A DNA stretch of 64,000 bases, taken from NCBI RefSeq assembly GCF_003334765.1, contig NZ_QOWT01000010.1. The stretch is one strand, 5' to 3'. The notes beneath the pieces are model-generated. The model ran no database searches. It was not told where the DNA came from and was given only the letters and a program-made list of their open reading frames with translations. Below are positions 35,917 to 48,365 of this stretch, piece after piece (the stretch's first letter is position 1; each line of letters starts with the position of its first letter). The position numbers and the translations under genes are program-made. The stretch comes from Escherichia coli (lineage in GTDB: Bacteria; Pseudomonadota; Gammaproteobacteria; Enterobacterales; Enterobacteriaceae).

Positions 35917-37290
35917 TTAATGGTTGGAGAACCAGTTCAGTTTATCGCGCAGGCCAACAACCCGACCAATAATAATTAGCGATGGACTGTTCATTTGCTG
36001 CGCCAGTTCTCCCAGCTGTGTGAGCGTACCGTCAATCACGCGCTGCGTGACTGCCGTACCGTTTTCGACAATTGCCACCGGCATTTCGCCTGGCATTCCG
36101 TGTTCAATCAGCTTTTGCTGAATAGTCGCGGCCTGATTCAACCCCATATAGAACACCAGCGTCTGTTTTTCTGCCGCCAGGTTTTCCCAGTCCAGCTCGC
36201 CACCGGTTTTTAAGTGTCCGGTAATTAAGCGTACGCTCTGGGCATAATCGCGATGCGTGAGTGGAATACCCGAATAGGCAGAGCAACCAGAAGCTGCGGT
36301 AATACCCGGAACCACCGAGAACGGAATACCCGCGTTGCACAGTGTTTCCAGCTCTTCGCCACCACGGCCAAAAATAAACGGATCGCCACCTTTCAGCCGC
36401 ACCACGCGTTTGCCTTTTTGCGCTTCCCGCAGCAGGATCTGGTTAATCTCTTCCTGGGGTACGCAGTGGTATCCCGCGCGTTTGCCGACGAAAACACGGT
36501 CCGCATCGCGGCGTACCAGATTCATAATATCGTCAGAAACCAGACGGTCGTAGACCACCACATCTGCCTGCTGAATTTGTTGCAGTCCTTTCAGTGTCAG
36601 CAGCCCGGCATCGCCCGGACCTGCACCAACCAGCACCACTTCACCGCGATGGTCGAGCGGTTCGTTGATTAACTGTTCGGTCGTTTCAGTAATGGCTTTC
36701 TGATCGTTGTTTGCCAGCGACTGCGCCAGGCGGTCGTTAACGAACAATTTCTCCCAGAAACGGCGACGCTCACCCATCGTGGCGAACTGTTGTTTCACTC
36801 GCCCGCGTAATTGCCCGGCGTATTTCGCTACCTGGCCCAGATGTAACGGCAGCAGTGATTCAAGTTTTTCGCGCAACAGGCGTGCCAGAACCGGAGAGGT
36901 GCCGCCAGAGGAGACCGCTACCATGAGCGGTGAGCGGTCAATAATCGACGGCATAATAAAGCTGGCGGCTTTCGGCGCATCGACCACGTTACAGAAGATG
37001 CGACGAGCTTCAGCGGCTTCGCTGACGCGCTGGTTAAGCGCGTCATCATCCGTCGCTGCAATCGCCAGCCAGCAGGTGTCGAGAAGGCTTTCATCAAATG
37101 GCCCTTCGACGAGGGTTAACATGCCTGCATCTGCCCATGCGGTGAACTGTGGAATAAACGCTAATGCATTCACCGTTAAGCGAGCGCCTGCGTCTAACAG
37201 CAACCTTGCTTTGCGTTCCGCGACATCACCACCGCCGACAATCAGACAGTCGCGATCGCGTAATTGGCAAAATATAGGCAAATGATCCAC
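35917..37290 (-). CDS. cysG: Siroheme synthase (multifunctional methyltransferase/dehydrogenase/ferrochelatase)
   Basis: 457 aa; N-terminal NAD-binding GGGDVA and C-terminal methyltransferase motif [10 protein letters not shown]. Confidence 0.95.
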
Positions 37291-37308
37291 GTAAAAACCC
37301 CTTAGTAA

Positions 37309-38115
37309 TTAACCGGCAGCCGTTTCAGTTTGATTAAATTTGTCCGCAACCGGACGATTCGCTTTCGGCGTAGCATACCAATAACCCAATCCCATGAATA
37401 CGGCACCTGATAAAGTATTACCCAGCGTCACCCACAGCAGGTTATGACCAATACCCGCCAGCGTGTAGGCTTCGCTGTGGTTGCCGAACCAGGAGAGCGC
37501 GAACAGCGTCATGTTAGCGATAGAGTGCTCGTAGCCGGACGCGATAAATGCCAGCAGACACCACCAGATAGCGATAAATTTCGCCGCCCCTTCAGTGCGC
37601 AGCGCCATCCAGATTGCCAGGCAAACCAGCCAGTTACACAATGCACCTTTGAAGAAGAGTACCATTGCCGGTGCAGTGGTTTTAGCCAGCGCGACGGAGT
37701 GAACGATGCTGGTATCTACCGGCAGCAGGCTACCGCCGCCCCAGCTATAGAGCATGGCAACGAAGACGGAACCGACCAGGTTACCCAGCCAGGTTTGCGG
37801 CAGGATTGCCCACATTTGCCCGTGGCTGATGCTGCCCGCTTTTACCCCAAAGGTGAGGAACATGGTGTGTCCGGTGAACAGTTCAGAACCGGCGATAATC
37901 ACCAGCGTTAAGGCGATACCAAAGGTCGCGCCCATCACCAAAGGGCGTACGGATGGATCGAGCAAATTACCGAGCGTGAAAATCAGGATGATCCCAAGAC
38001 CCACATACGCGCCCGCCATGGCGGAGCTGACCCAAAAGCCGAGCGGGTTATTTGCCGACAGGCGTGCAATGCGCGCAGCGTTAGCCGCACACTTATTAAT
38101 AGTGTCTGTAAACAT
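37309..38115 (-). CDS. nirC: Nitrite transporter (formate/nitrite transporter family)
   Basis: 268 aa membrane protein downstream of nirBD. Confidence 0.93.
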   Translation of the reverse strand: MFTDTINKCAANAARIARLSANNPLGFWVSSAMAGAYVGLGIILIFTLGNLLDPSVRPLVMGATFGIALTLVIIAGSELFTGHTMFLTFGVKAGSISHGQMWAILPQTWLGNLVGSVFVAMLYSWGGGSLLPVDTSIVHSVALAKTTAPAMVLFFKGALCNWLVCLAIWMALRTEGAAKFIAIWWCLLAFIASGYEHSIANMTLFALSWFGNHSEAYTLAGIGHNLLWVTLGNTLSGAVFMGLGYWYATPKANRPVADKFNQTETAAG

Positions 38116-38240
38116 TTGATTATCCTTTAAAAAATAAAAACAAAAAATAAAACAAAAAGTTTAAAAAATGTCCTGCAATATACCGAAGATTATTACAGGA
38201 CCATGCAAAAAGGGGAGGCATTGCGCCTCCCGTTAAAACA

Positions 38241-38567
38241 TTAACCGCGCAGCTGCACCACGCCGTCTTTCACTCGCGCTTCGTAATGTTTGACGGAAAA
38301 CTGTTCGTCTTCCATGCACAAGCCGTCGCTTAAGCGAAAACGCTGTTTTTTCAGCGGGCTGGCGACCCACAGCTCGCCCTGGTGTTCCGCAATCAGTCCG
38401 CGTGACAGCACGCTGGACTCGAAGAACGGGTCGATGTTGCTGATCGCAAACACCTGATCGCTGTGATACGGGCGGAAAATCGCGACCTGCTCGTCACCTA
38501 ACAGCGCGCAGACGCCGGTTTCAGGCAGGATGTCATCGATTTTGCAGATGTCTTTCCACTGGCTCAT
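38241..38567 (-). CDS. nirD: Nitrite reductase (NADH) small subunit
   Basis: 108 aa; overlaps the nirB stop. Confidence 0.93.
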   Translation of the reverse strand: MSQWKDICKIDDILPETGVCALLGDEQVAIFRPYHSDQVFAISNIDPFFESSVLSRGLIAEHQGELWVASPLKKQRFRLSDGLCMEDEQFSVKHYEARVKDGVVQLRG

Positions 38568-41107
38568 GCGTTGTCCTCCACCAGAGTTACTGGGATACGT
38601 TCATACGGCGTTGCCGGACGGTGCTGTTCGCGCTCTGGCACCATCTGCACGTTCGGGTCACGCTTGTCGCTGTTGATGAAGTGTTTGAAGCGAGTCTGCG
38701 CAGACGGCGTATTGACCGTTTCAGTCCACTCACACAGTACCGCTTCACGCAGGCGCGCCATCTCTTCTTCCAGATGTGCGTTCAGCCCCAGTTTGTCGTC
38801 AATGATCACTGCTTTCAGGTAATCGATGCCGCCTTCGAGGTTTTCTAACCACGGTGCGGTACGCGTCAGTTTGTCGGCAGTACGGATGTAGAACATCATG
38901 AAGCGGTCGAGATATTTGATCAGCGTTTCGCGATCGATATCCGCCGCCAGCAGATCCGCATGACGCGGTTTCATGCCGCCGTTACCGCAAACATACAGGT
39001 TCCAGCCTTTTTCAGTGGCGATAATACCCACGTCTTTACCCTGAGCTTCTGAACATTCACGGGTACAGCCGGAGACACCGAACTTCATTTTGTGCGGCGT
39101 ACGGATGCCTTTGTAGCGGTTTTCCAGTTCCACGCCGAGGCCGACGCTGTCGCCAACGCCGTAGCGGCACCAGGTGCTACCCACGCAGGTTTTCGCCATA
39201 CGCAGTGCTTTCGCATAGGCATGACCGGTTTCGAAGCCGGCTTCAATCAGCTGACGCCAGATCTCCGGCAGATCGTCTTTCTGTGCGCCAAACATCGCCA
39301 GACGCTGGGAGCCAGTGATCTTGGTGTAGAGATTAAATTCACGCGCGATACGACCTACCGCCATCAGCCCTTCCGGGGTGATTTCACCGCCCGGAGAACG
39401 CGGGATCACCGAGTAGGTGCCGTCTTTCTGGATGTTAGCGAGGAAGTTGTCGTTAGAATCCTGCAGCGGAGTATGTTCCGGCTTCAGAATGTATTCGTTC
39501 CAGCAGGAGGCCAGCAGCGAACCGACGGTTGGTTTACAAACTTCACAACCGTAGCCTTTGCCGTGTTTCGCCAGCAGTTCTTCGAAGGTTTTAATGCCTT
39601 CAACGCGGATCAAATGGAACAGTTCCTGACGCGAATAAGCAAAGTGTTCGCACAGGTTGTTGTTAACTTCGATGCCCTGTTTCGCCAGTTCCGCGTTCAG
39701 TACCTGAGTGACCAGCGGGATACAGCCACCGCAGCCAGTACCCGCTTTGGTTTCAGCTTTCAGCGCCGCAACTGTGTGGCAGCCTTTGTTGATGGCAGCA
39801 ATCAGATCACCTTTGGTGACGTCGAAGCAGGAGCAGATTTGCGCGCTGTCCGGCAGTTTATCAACACCGATAGACGGCTTGCCGCTACCCGAGTGTGCTG
39901 GCAGGATCAGGGAATCCGGGTTTTCCGGCAGTTCGATAGCGTTCAGCACCAGTTGCAGCAGGTTACCGTAGTCGCTGGTATCGCCCACCAGTACCGCACC
40001 GAGCAGGGTTTTGTTGTCTTCGCTGACAATCAGGCGTTTGTAGATCTCTTTACTTTCGTCGAGGTAAACGTAGCTACGTGCGCCAGGCGTGCGACCGTGC
40101 GCATCACCAATACCGCCTACGTCTACGCCCAGCAGTTTCAGCTTGGCGCTAAGGTCAGCACCTTCAAAGGCGTTTTCGCTACCGAGAATATGGTCAACGG
40201 CGACCTGCGCCATTTTGTAGCCAGGTGCTACCAGACCAAATACACGGTTGTTCCAGCTTGCGCATTCACCGATGGCGTAGATATCCGGATCGGAAGTCTG
40301 GCAGGAATCATTAATGACAATACCCCCACGCGGAGCAACGTCCAGACCACACTGGGTTGCCAGCTTATCGCGCGGACGGATACCGGTAGAGAAGACGATA
40401 AAGTCGACTTCCAGTTCGCTGCCGTCGGCAAAACGCATGGTTTTACGCGCTTCAACACCTTCCTGCACAATCTCAAGGGTGTTTTTGCTGGTGTGAACGC
40501 GCACGCCCATACTTTCGATTTTGCGACGCAGCTGCTCGCCGCCCATCTGATCAAGCTGTTCTGCCATCAGCATAGGGGCAAATTCGATAACGTGGGTTTC
40601 AATACCTAAGTTTTTCAGCGCGCCTGCGGCTTCCAGACCTAACAGGCCGCCACCAACAACGGCACCGCGTTTGCTGCGACGGGCGCAGGATTCAATGGCG
40701 TTGAGGTCTTCAATAGTGCGATAGACAAAGCAGTCCTGAGTATCAGAACCTTTGATTGGCGGGATCCACGGGTAGGAACCGGTTGCCATGATCAGCTTGT
40801 CATAAAAAACGGTACGTCCGGCGCTGGAGTGAATCACCTTCTCCTGACGGTTGATGGTGATAGCGCGTTCGCCGACCAGAACTTTGATGCCGTGTTTCTC
40901 GTAGAAGCCTTCGCGCACCAGCGACAGCTCTTCGGCGGTGTGGTGAGAGAAGTAAGACGAGAGGTGTACGCGGTCATAAGCGATGCGCGGTTCTTCACAG
41001 AAAACGGTAATATCAAAGTTGGCCGCATCAGATTTATCAAGAAGATCTTCGATAAAGCGATGGCCGACCATACCGTTACCGATAATTGCGAGTCTGACTT
41101 TGCTCAT
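38564..41107 (-). CDS. nirB: Nitrite reductase (NADH) large subunit
   Basis: 847 aa; FAD/NAD-binding GxGxxG at the N-terminus; siroheme/Fe-S cysteine motifs. Confidence 0.95.
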   Translation of the reverse strand: MSKVRLAIIGNGMVGHRFIEDLLDKSDAANFDITVFCEEPRIAYDRVHLSSYFSHHTAEELSLVREGFYEKHGIKVLVGERAITINRQEKVIHSSAGRTVFYDKLIMATGSYPWIPPIKGSDTQDCFVYRTIEDLNAIESCARRSKRGAVVGGGLLGLEAAGALKNLGIETHVIEFAPMLMAEQLDQMGGEQLRRKIESMGVRVHTSKNTLEIVQEGVEARKTMRFADGSELEVDFIVFSTGIRPRDKLATQCGLDVAPRGGIVINDSCQTSDPDIYAIGECASWNNRVFGLVAPGYKMAQVAVDHILGSENAFEGADLSAKLKLLGVDVGGIGDAHGRTPGARSYVYLDESKEIYKRLIVSEDNKTLLGAVLVGDTSDYGNLLQLVLNAIELPENPDSLILPAHSGSGKPSIGVDKLPDSAQICSCFDVTKGDLIAAINKGCHTVAALKAETKAGTGCGGCIPLVTQVLNAELAKQGIEVNNNLCEHFAYSRQELFHLIRVEGIKTFEELLAKHGKGYGCEVCKPTVGSLLASCWNEYILKPEHTPLQDSNDNFLANIQKDGTYSVIPRSPGGEITPEGLMAVGRIAREFNLYTKITGSQRLAMFGAQKDDLPEIWRQLIEAGFETGHAYAKALRMAKTCVGSTWCRYGVGDSVGLGVELENRYKGIRTPHKMKFGVSGCTRECSEAQGKDVGIIATEKGWNLYVCGNGGMKPRHADLLAADIDRETLIKYLDRFMMFYIRTADKLTRTAPWLENLEGGIDYLKAVIIDDKLGLNAHLEEEMARLREAVLCEWTETVNTPSAQTRFKHFINSDKRDPNVQMVPEREQHRPATPYERIPVTLVEDNA

Positions 41108-41165
41108 TTTTGCCTCGATTTCTTTTCTATTACCGCCTACCTTAACGATTCAGCAACCCCGCTTA

Positions 41166-41179
41166 TTGATGTAAATCAA
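41166..41179 (-). promoter_or_regulatory. FNR binding site of the nirB promoter
   Basis: ttgatgtaaatcaa, a perfect TTGAT-N4-ATCAA FNR box about 60 bp upstream of the nirB start. Confidence 0.8.
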
Positions 41180-41192
41180 ATTCACCTTTATA

Positions 41193-41208
41193 TACTCCTT
41201 AATGGGTA
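41193..41208 (-). promoter_or_regulatory. NarL/NarP 7-2-7 heptamer pair upstream of the FNR site
   Basis: Minus strand reads tacccattaaggagta (TACCCAT-TA-AGGAGTA inverted heptamers). Confidence 0.65.
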
Positions 41209-41368
41209 TATTGCTGATTTGTATAAATTTTCTTAAGTCACGGAATTGTCTGATATTTCATGTTTGTGCAAAAAATAGACAAAATGAGCGGGTTTATAGA
41301 AATAGATGCACGTAGCGGGGGAAGAGAGGAAAAGGCCGGACGACGATAGTGCCGTCCGGCATGAGCAA

Positions 41369-42550
41369 TTAATGAGAGGTCAGGGTGTTATGCTGACGGT
41401 GACGGCTGACGAAACCTAACAGGAAGCACATCACAAAGACGACAGCGTACAGACCGTTTGCTGTAAGCAGTGCCGCCTGCGGACCGCTATGTTCAACGAT
41501 CGGGCCGGTAACCACAAAGGTCAACATAGTACCGATGGTTCCGCAGGTCAGGACAAAGTTAACCAGTTTTGGCGACGGTACTTTGGTCTGCTGTGAACCC
41601 AGGGTGATGATGGTGGTATAGATCGCGCTGGAGAAGAAGCCCAGAGCGAGAATTGACCACGCCATATGTGCTGGTGTTCCGGTGTTAAAGACGTACATCA
41701 GAATCGCAGCCAGACCAGCCAGTACGGTCAGAATGCGTTGCAAATCAAAGAAGCGAAGAATAAAGCTGAACGCCCACATGCCGACCATGTATGACATCCA
41801 GAAGTTACTCACCAGCGTGCCCGCGTCGTTCAGGCTCATGCCCAGGCCTTTGGCATACTCAGGCACCCAGGAGATAAAACCTAACTGACCGAGGATGTAG
41901 CACAACGCCGCAACAGAGAGAAACAGTACGCCGATCCCCCACTTTTCTTTCTCTACCGGAGCATCCGTTTTTGGCGCATGTTTGCCCAGCGCCGGGAACT
42001 CACAGCCGAAGGTCAGAATAAAAATAGCGACATACACCAGCCCGATGCAGGCATAAACCCAGTACCACTCAATGCTGCGCGCCAGTAGAAACGCGGCGAT
42101 CATTGGGAAAATCATCCCAGCCATACTGAAGAAGGAGTCGGTAAATAACAGGCGGGAACCGCGCTGACGCCCTTCATACATTTGTGTTACCAGGAATGTA
42201 CCAATCGACATGGTGATGCCGCTGACCACCCCGAGAATGAACATCGCCGCCGAGAACAGCGCCAGGCTGTGGCTGAACATCAAACCGGCAACCGCCAGCA
42301 CCATCAGGAGAAAGCCAAAACGTAACTGCGTTTTCAACGGGACGATTTCCATCAGCCAGGCGTTGAGGAAGATAGAGATTAAAATGCCGGCGTTGAGGAA
42401 GGTGAAGGTATTACTCATACTGGAAACAGGCAGATTGAAATAATCGGCGATATTTCCCATCACCATCCCGGTGACAATAACCAACGCACCAGTCAGTGCG
42501 TAGGAGAGAAAGCTAATCCATGTGAGCTTGATGCGATTGCTGTTAGTCAT
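41369..42550 (-). CDS. tsgA: MFS-type transporter TsgA
   Basis: 393 aa polytopic membrane protein. Confidence 0.9.
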
Positions 42551-42811
42551 GATTGGCCTGCGTTCAAAAATAAAATGGCATAGCGGGATATGCCGCGAGC
42601 GGGCGATTTTAGGTGATTTTGTGATCTGTTTAAATGTTTTATTGCAATCGGTTGCTAAATTGCATTTTAAGAGGTGATTTTGATCACGGAATAAAAAGTG
42701 ATCGTCAGGTTACATATATTTCAGATACGTAAAATTAGGTAAAGGGATGGCCTTGTTCTTGAAGGCTATTTAGAATCTCTTCACTTGCTTTTTTTCTGCT
42801 CTGTTTGTTAA

Positions 42812-43393
<582 letters not shown>

Positions 43394-43402
43394 TGATTTC
43401 TC

Positions 43403-43433
43403 GCGCGGGCAATCTTGCCCGCGCTTCTGCTCT
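43403..43433 (+). terminator. Probable intrinsic terminator after ppiA
   Basis: Hairpin gcgcgggcaa-tc-ttgcccgcgc followed by a T-rich tract. Confidence 0.45.
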
Positions 43434-43497
43434 CCCGGCGTAACCCGGATTTGCCGCTTATACTTGTGGCAAATGGACACGTTCAGGGAGGCATCAA

Positions 43498-43665
43498 GTG
43501 AAGAAACTCACCGATAAGCAAAAGTCCCGTCTCTGGGAGCTTCAGCGTAATCGTAATTTTCAGGCCAGTCGCCGTCTTGAAGGCGTCGAGATGCCTTTAG
43601 TCACTCTTACTGCCGCAGAGGCTTTAGCGCGCCTTGAAGAGCTGAGGAGTCACTATGAGCGATAA
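43498..43665 (+). CDS. yhfG: Small protein upstream of fic, putative Fic-associated antitoxin-like partner
   Basis: Not in ORF track; GTG start, 55 aa ([20 protein letters not shown]...); stop overlaps the fic start by 11 nt. Confidence 0.7.
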
Positions 43666-44257
43666 ATTCGGCGAAGGGCGCGATCCGTATCTTTATCCAG
43701 GCCTTGATATCATGCGTAACCGGCTGAACATCCGCCAGCAGCAGCGGCTGGAACAGGCCGCTTACGAAATGACGGCGCTGCGTGCTGCGACCATTGAGCT
43801 TGGTCCGCTGGTGCGCGGTTTACCGCATTTGCGAACTATCCATCGCCAGCTGTATCAGGATATTTTCGACTGGGCAGGGCAACTGCGTGAAGTTGATATT
43901 TATCAGGGTGATACGCCGTTCTGCCACTTTGCTTATATCGAAAAAGAGGGCAATGCCCTGATGCAGGATCTGGAGGAAGAAGGTTATCTGGTTGGCCTGG
44001 AGAAAGCGAAGTTCGTCGAGCGGCTGGCGCATTACTATTGTGAAATCAACGTGCTGCATCCCTTCCGGGTGGGAAGTGGTCTGGCACAGCGGATCTTCTT
44101 CGAGCAACTGGCGATTCATGCCGGATATCAACTGAGCTGGCAGGGTATCGAAAAAGAGGCCTGGAATCAGGCAAATCAGAGTGGGGCAATGGGGGATCTC
44201 ACCGCACTGCAGATGATATTTAGCAAAGTGGTAAGCGAAGCCGGGGAATCTGAGTAA
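43655..44257 (+). CDS. fic: Fic-family protein
   Basis: 200 aa; Fic-like motif [12 protein letters not shown], which departs from canonical HxFx(D/E)GNGRxxR. Confidence 0.9.
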
Positions 44258-44288
44258 AATAGCGCGGTTCTTTTGTACCGGAGCCGCC

Positions 44289-44852
44289 ATGATCCTGCTT
44301 ATAGATAACTACGATTCTTTTACCTGGAACCTCTACCAGTACTTTTGTGAACTGGGGGCGGATGTGCTGGTTAAGCGCAACGATGCGTTGACGCTGGCGG
44401 ATATCGACGCCCTTAAACCACAAAAAATTGTCATCTCACCTGGCCCCTGTACGCCAGATGAAGCCGGGATCTCCCTTGACGTTATTCGCCACTATGCCGG
44501 GCGCTTGCCGATTCTTGGCGTCTGCCTCGGTCATCAGGCAATGGCGCAGGCATTTGGCGGTAAAGTTGTGCGCGCCGCAAAGGTCATGCACGGCAAAACC
44601 TCGCCGATTACACATAACGGTGAGGGCGTATTTCGGGGGCTGGCAAATCCACTTACCGTGACACGCTACCATTCGCTGGTGGTGGAACCTGACTCATTAC
44701 CAGCGTGCTTTGACGTGACGGCCTGGAGCGAAACCCGCGAGATTATGGGGATTCGCCATCGCCAGTGGGATCTGGAAGGTGTGCAGTTCCATCCAGAAAG
44801 TATTCTTAGCGAACAAGGACATCAACTGCTGGCTAATTTCCTGCATCGCTGA
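44289..44852 (+). CDS. pabA: Aminodeoxychorismate synthase, glutamine amidotransferase component
   Basis: 187 aa; class I GATase catalytic Cys in GVCLGHQ. Confidence 0.95.
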   Translation: MILLIDNYDSFTWNLYQYFCELGADVLVKRNDALTLADIDALKPQKIVISPGPCTPDEAGISLDVIRHYAGRLPILGVCLGHQAMAQAFGGKVVRAAKVMHGKTSPITHNGEGVFRGLANPLTVTRYHSLVVEPDSLPACFDVTAWSETREIMGIRHRQWDLEGVQFHPESILSEQGHQLLANFLHR

Positions 44853-44922
44853 TTTCTGATTGCCATTTAGTGATTTTTTATGCATATTTTGTGGTTATAA
44901 TTTCACATTTGTTTATGCGTAA

Positions 44923-46158
<1,236 letters not shown>

Positions 46159-46182
46159 ATACGAAGCATCAGGCAAAAGATG

Positions 46183-46214
46183 TCGGATGCGGCGTGAATG
46201 CCTTATCCGATGGT
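46183..46214. repeat. REP-like palindromic unit
   Basis: tcggatgcggcgtgaatgccttatccgatgg between convergent argD and yhfK. Confidence 0.55.
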
Positions 46215-46224
46215 TTAGCCTGCA

Positions 46225-48327
46225 TTACGCCTTCGAATCCCGCAACTTGCGACTCAGCCAAATCCCGTGATGCGGTCGCTGACGCCATGCCATCGACGAA
46301 ATGGTGTGCATGGTGTTCAGATGACCAATAACCCGCTGTAAATGCTGCTCCAGCGTACCTGCCGCGCCTTCGTGCGGCTGCATCTCCGGCGCATCCATGA
46401 TATTGGCATCGCCAGAACTACCCGGTTCGTCATACTCCAGTCGCTGCTGACAACGCTGAATGGCGATTTCACAAGACTGTAAATACTCTTGTGCCAGTTC
46501 AGGTGGCAATGCCCGGTGTTCCCGCGCCAGCGTGGTCATGGCATTAATATGCTCAACAATAAACTGGCTGTGCGTTACCCACAGTTTCATATCTGCCAGA
46601 TAATGGCTGTTAAACGCCGGTTCCTGCATCGCCTGATTCAATGAGTTATACAGAGTGTTATGTGCCTGATTTACCCGCATTCGCTGCCAGGCCAGTGGCG
46701 TAGGTTGCGGATCCTCGCTAAGAATCAAGCGAATCGCTTCCTGATAGGCTTCTAAAGCATCATGGGCGTTTTTACGCAATAACCCGCTCTGCCACTGCGG
46801 CCACAGCCAGACAGTACCGCCGAAAGCAATTAAACAACCAATAATGGTATCGATAAGACGCGGAAGGATGTATTGCTCGCCGTTCAACCACAATAGTTGC
46901 AGGGTATACACTGCGGTAATAGTAAAACCGACCGTCGCCCAGCCGTAGTTTTTGCGCAATATCAGGTAGCTGGCGAGGGTGGTAATCAGCATCAACGTCA
47001 GGGTGTAACCTTCGGGAATTTTAAAGTGCAGCGCCACGCCCGCAATGATTAACCCGACCACGGTTCCCACGGAGCGATTCACAATCCTCAGACGGGTTGC
47101 GCCATAGCCATTTTGTGTCACCAGCAATACCGTCATCAGGATCCAGTACGACTTCGGCAGATGCAGCGCGGTGCCCATCAGGCTGGCAACGCTTAACATC
47201 ACACTGAGTCGTCCGGCATTGCGTAGCGCCGGAGACTTTAGTGACAGATAACTTTTCAGCGCCGGAAGTAATGGCATTCGCCGCTGTTTATCGGCCAGTA
47301 AGTCACGGGCATAGAGCGGTTTTTGGGTGCGCAGCACGCGGGCGATGCGGCTGAAATGCCAGTAGCAGAATTGCCCAACCGGATTATCCGGATGCTGGCG
47401 GGCGATTTTTTCCAGTGCGCCAATTTGCTTTTCCATCGTAAAACGCGTTGGCAGGCGATGGTAAAGAATGTCATCAGCCAGCACGCGCAGGCGAGCGGCG
47501 ACGGTTTGCGCATTCCAGCGGATAACTTCTTCCGCATGGCTACGCTCGACCAGCTTTTGCACCTCTTCCGGCTGATGCAAACTGACCGAAATATGTTCCT
47601 GTAAATCCAGCGCCTCCTGGAAAATACGCAGCATCCGCTTGTAGTCAGTATTATTTTGCGCGGAAAGCATATGCATTTGCTGATAGCACTGGGTAATTAG
47701 ATCGACCGCTTTTTGCTGGCGCACCAGCAGCGGCGGCAGCGCTTTTTCAGGGTCGGTGTGCTGGGTAAGCAGGCTGTATTTGGCTTCACAATAATCTGCC
47801 AGTTCACGGTACAGCAGACTTAGTGACTCGCGCAGCGGTTGTTCGCGCCAGATCCAGAACCAAAACCAGTTAAACAATCCGTACCAGAGAGTGCCCAACG
47901 CATAGATGAGCAACGGTTCCCAGACCGGCATGTATCCCGCCAAACTGAGGGTAAAAATGGCGGCGAGCAGCGATGCAGGAAGCAATTTTGCGTGCAATGG
48001 CCCCAGCTCAGCAGTGACGCCAAGTACCAGCGTTAATCCGGTCAGCAAAAAGGGCAGGGGAACATCTTTTGCCAGTAGTAGCTGTGTCAGCAAGCTACAG
48101 GTGGCAAACAGCGACGCACCAATGATTAAGCGTTTGAAAAAACGTTTATGAGGCGTATCAAGGCCCGCAATATTGCAACAGGCAGGAACGAGGGAGAAGA
48201 GCAGACCGAATCGTAATTCGCCAAGCATTAACCCAACGGCCACGGGCAAACATAGCACCAGCGTTTGTCGAAGTGCATAGTTGATATCGGGGTGATAAAT
48301 CAGTCTGCGCCACATCGGGGGAAACAA
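46225..48327 (-). CDS. yhfK: Large inner membrane protein of unknown function (FUSC-like putative efflux/transport)
   Basis: 700 aa ORF; an alternative start at the fifth codon (MWRRLIYHPD) is possible; two hydrophobic blocks separated by a soluble region. Confidence 0.85.
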   Translation of the reverse strand: MFPPMWRRLIYHPDINYALRQTLVLCLPVAVGLMLGELRFGLLFSLVPACCNIAGLDTPHKRFFKRLIIGASLFATCSLLTQLLLAKDVPLPFLLTGLTLVLGVTAELGPLHAKLLPASLLAAIFTLSLAGYMPVWEPLLIYALGTLWYGLFNWFWFWIWREQPLRESLSLLYRELADYCEAKYSLLTQHTDPEKALPPLLVRQQKAVDLITQCYQQMHMLSAQNNTDYKRMLRIFQEALDLQEHISVSLHQPEEVQKLVERSHAEEVIRWNAQTVAARLRVLADDILYHRLPTRFTMEKQIGALEKIARQHPDNPVGQFCYWHFSRIARVLRTQKPLYARDLLADKQRRMPLLPALKSYLSLKSPALRNAGRLSVMLSVASLMGTALHLPKSYWILMTVLLVTQNGYGATRLRIVNRSVGTVVGLIIAGVALHFKIPEGYTLTLMLITTLASYLILRKNYGWATVGFTITAVYTLQLLWLNGEQYILPRLIDTIIGCLIAFGGTVWLWPQWQSGLLRKNAHDALEAYQEAIRLILSEDPQPTPLAWQRMRVNQAHNTLYNSLNQAMQEPAFNSHYLADMKLWVTHSQFIVEHINAMTTLAREHRALPPELAQEYLQSCEIAIQRCQQRLEYDEPGSSGDANIMDAPEMQPHEGAAGTLEQHLQRVIGHLNTMHTISSMAWRQRPHHGIWLSRKLRDSKA

Positions 48328-48354
48328 AATGGCGCGCTACCAGGTAACGCGCCA
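48320..48354 (-). terminator. Intrinsic terminator of crp
   Basis: Minus-strand hairpin ggcgcgttacctggtagcgcgcc followed by attttgttt. Confidence 0.6.
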
Positions 48355-48365
48355 CTCCGACGGGA

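Noticed and set aside
39092-40609. 505-aa ORF on the plus strand antisense to nirB
   Set aside because: Shadow ORF within nirB. No independent start context, and the protein has no recognisable motifs.
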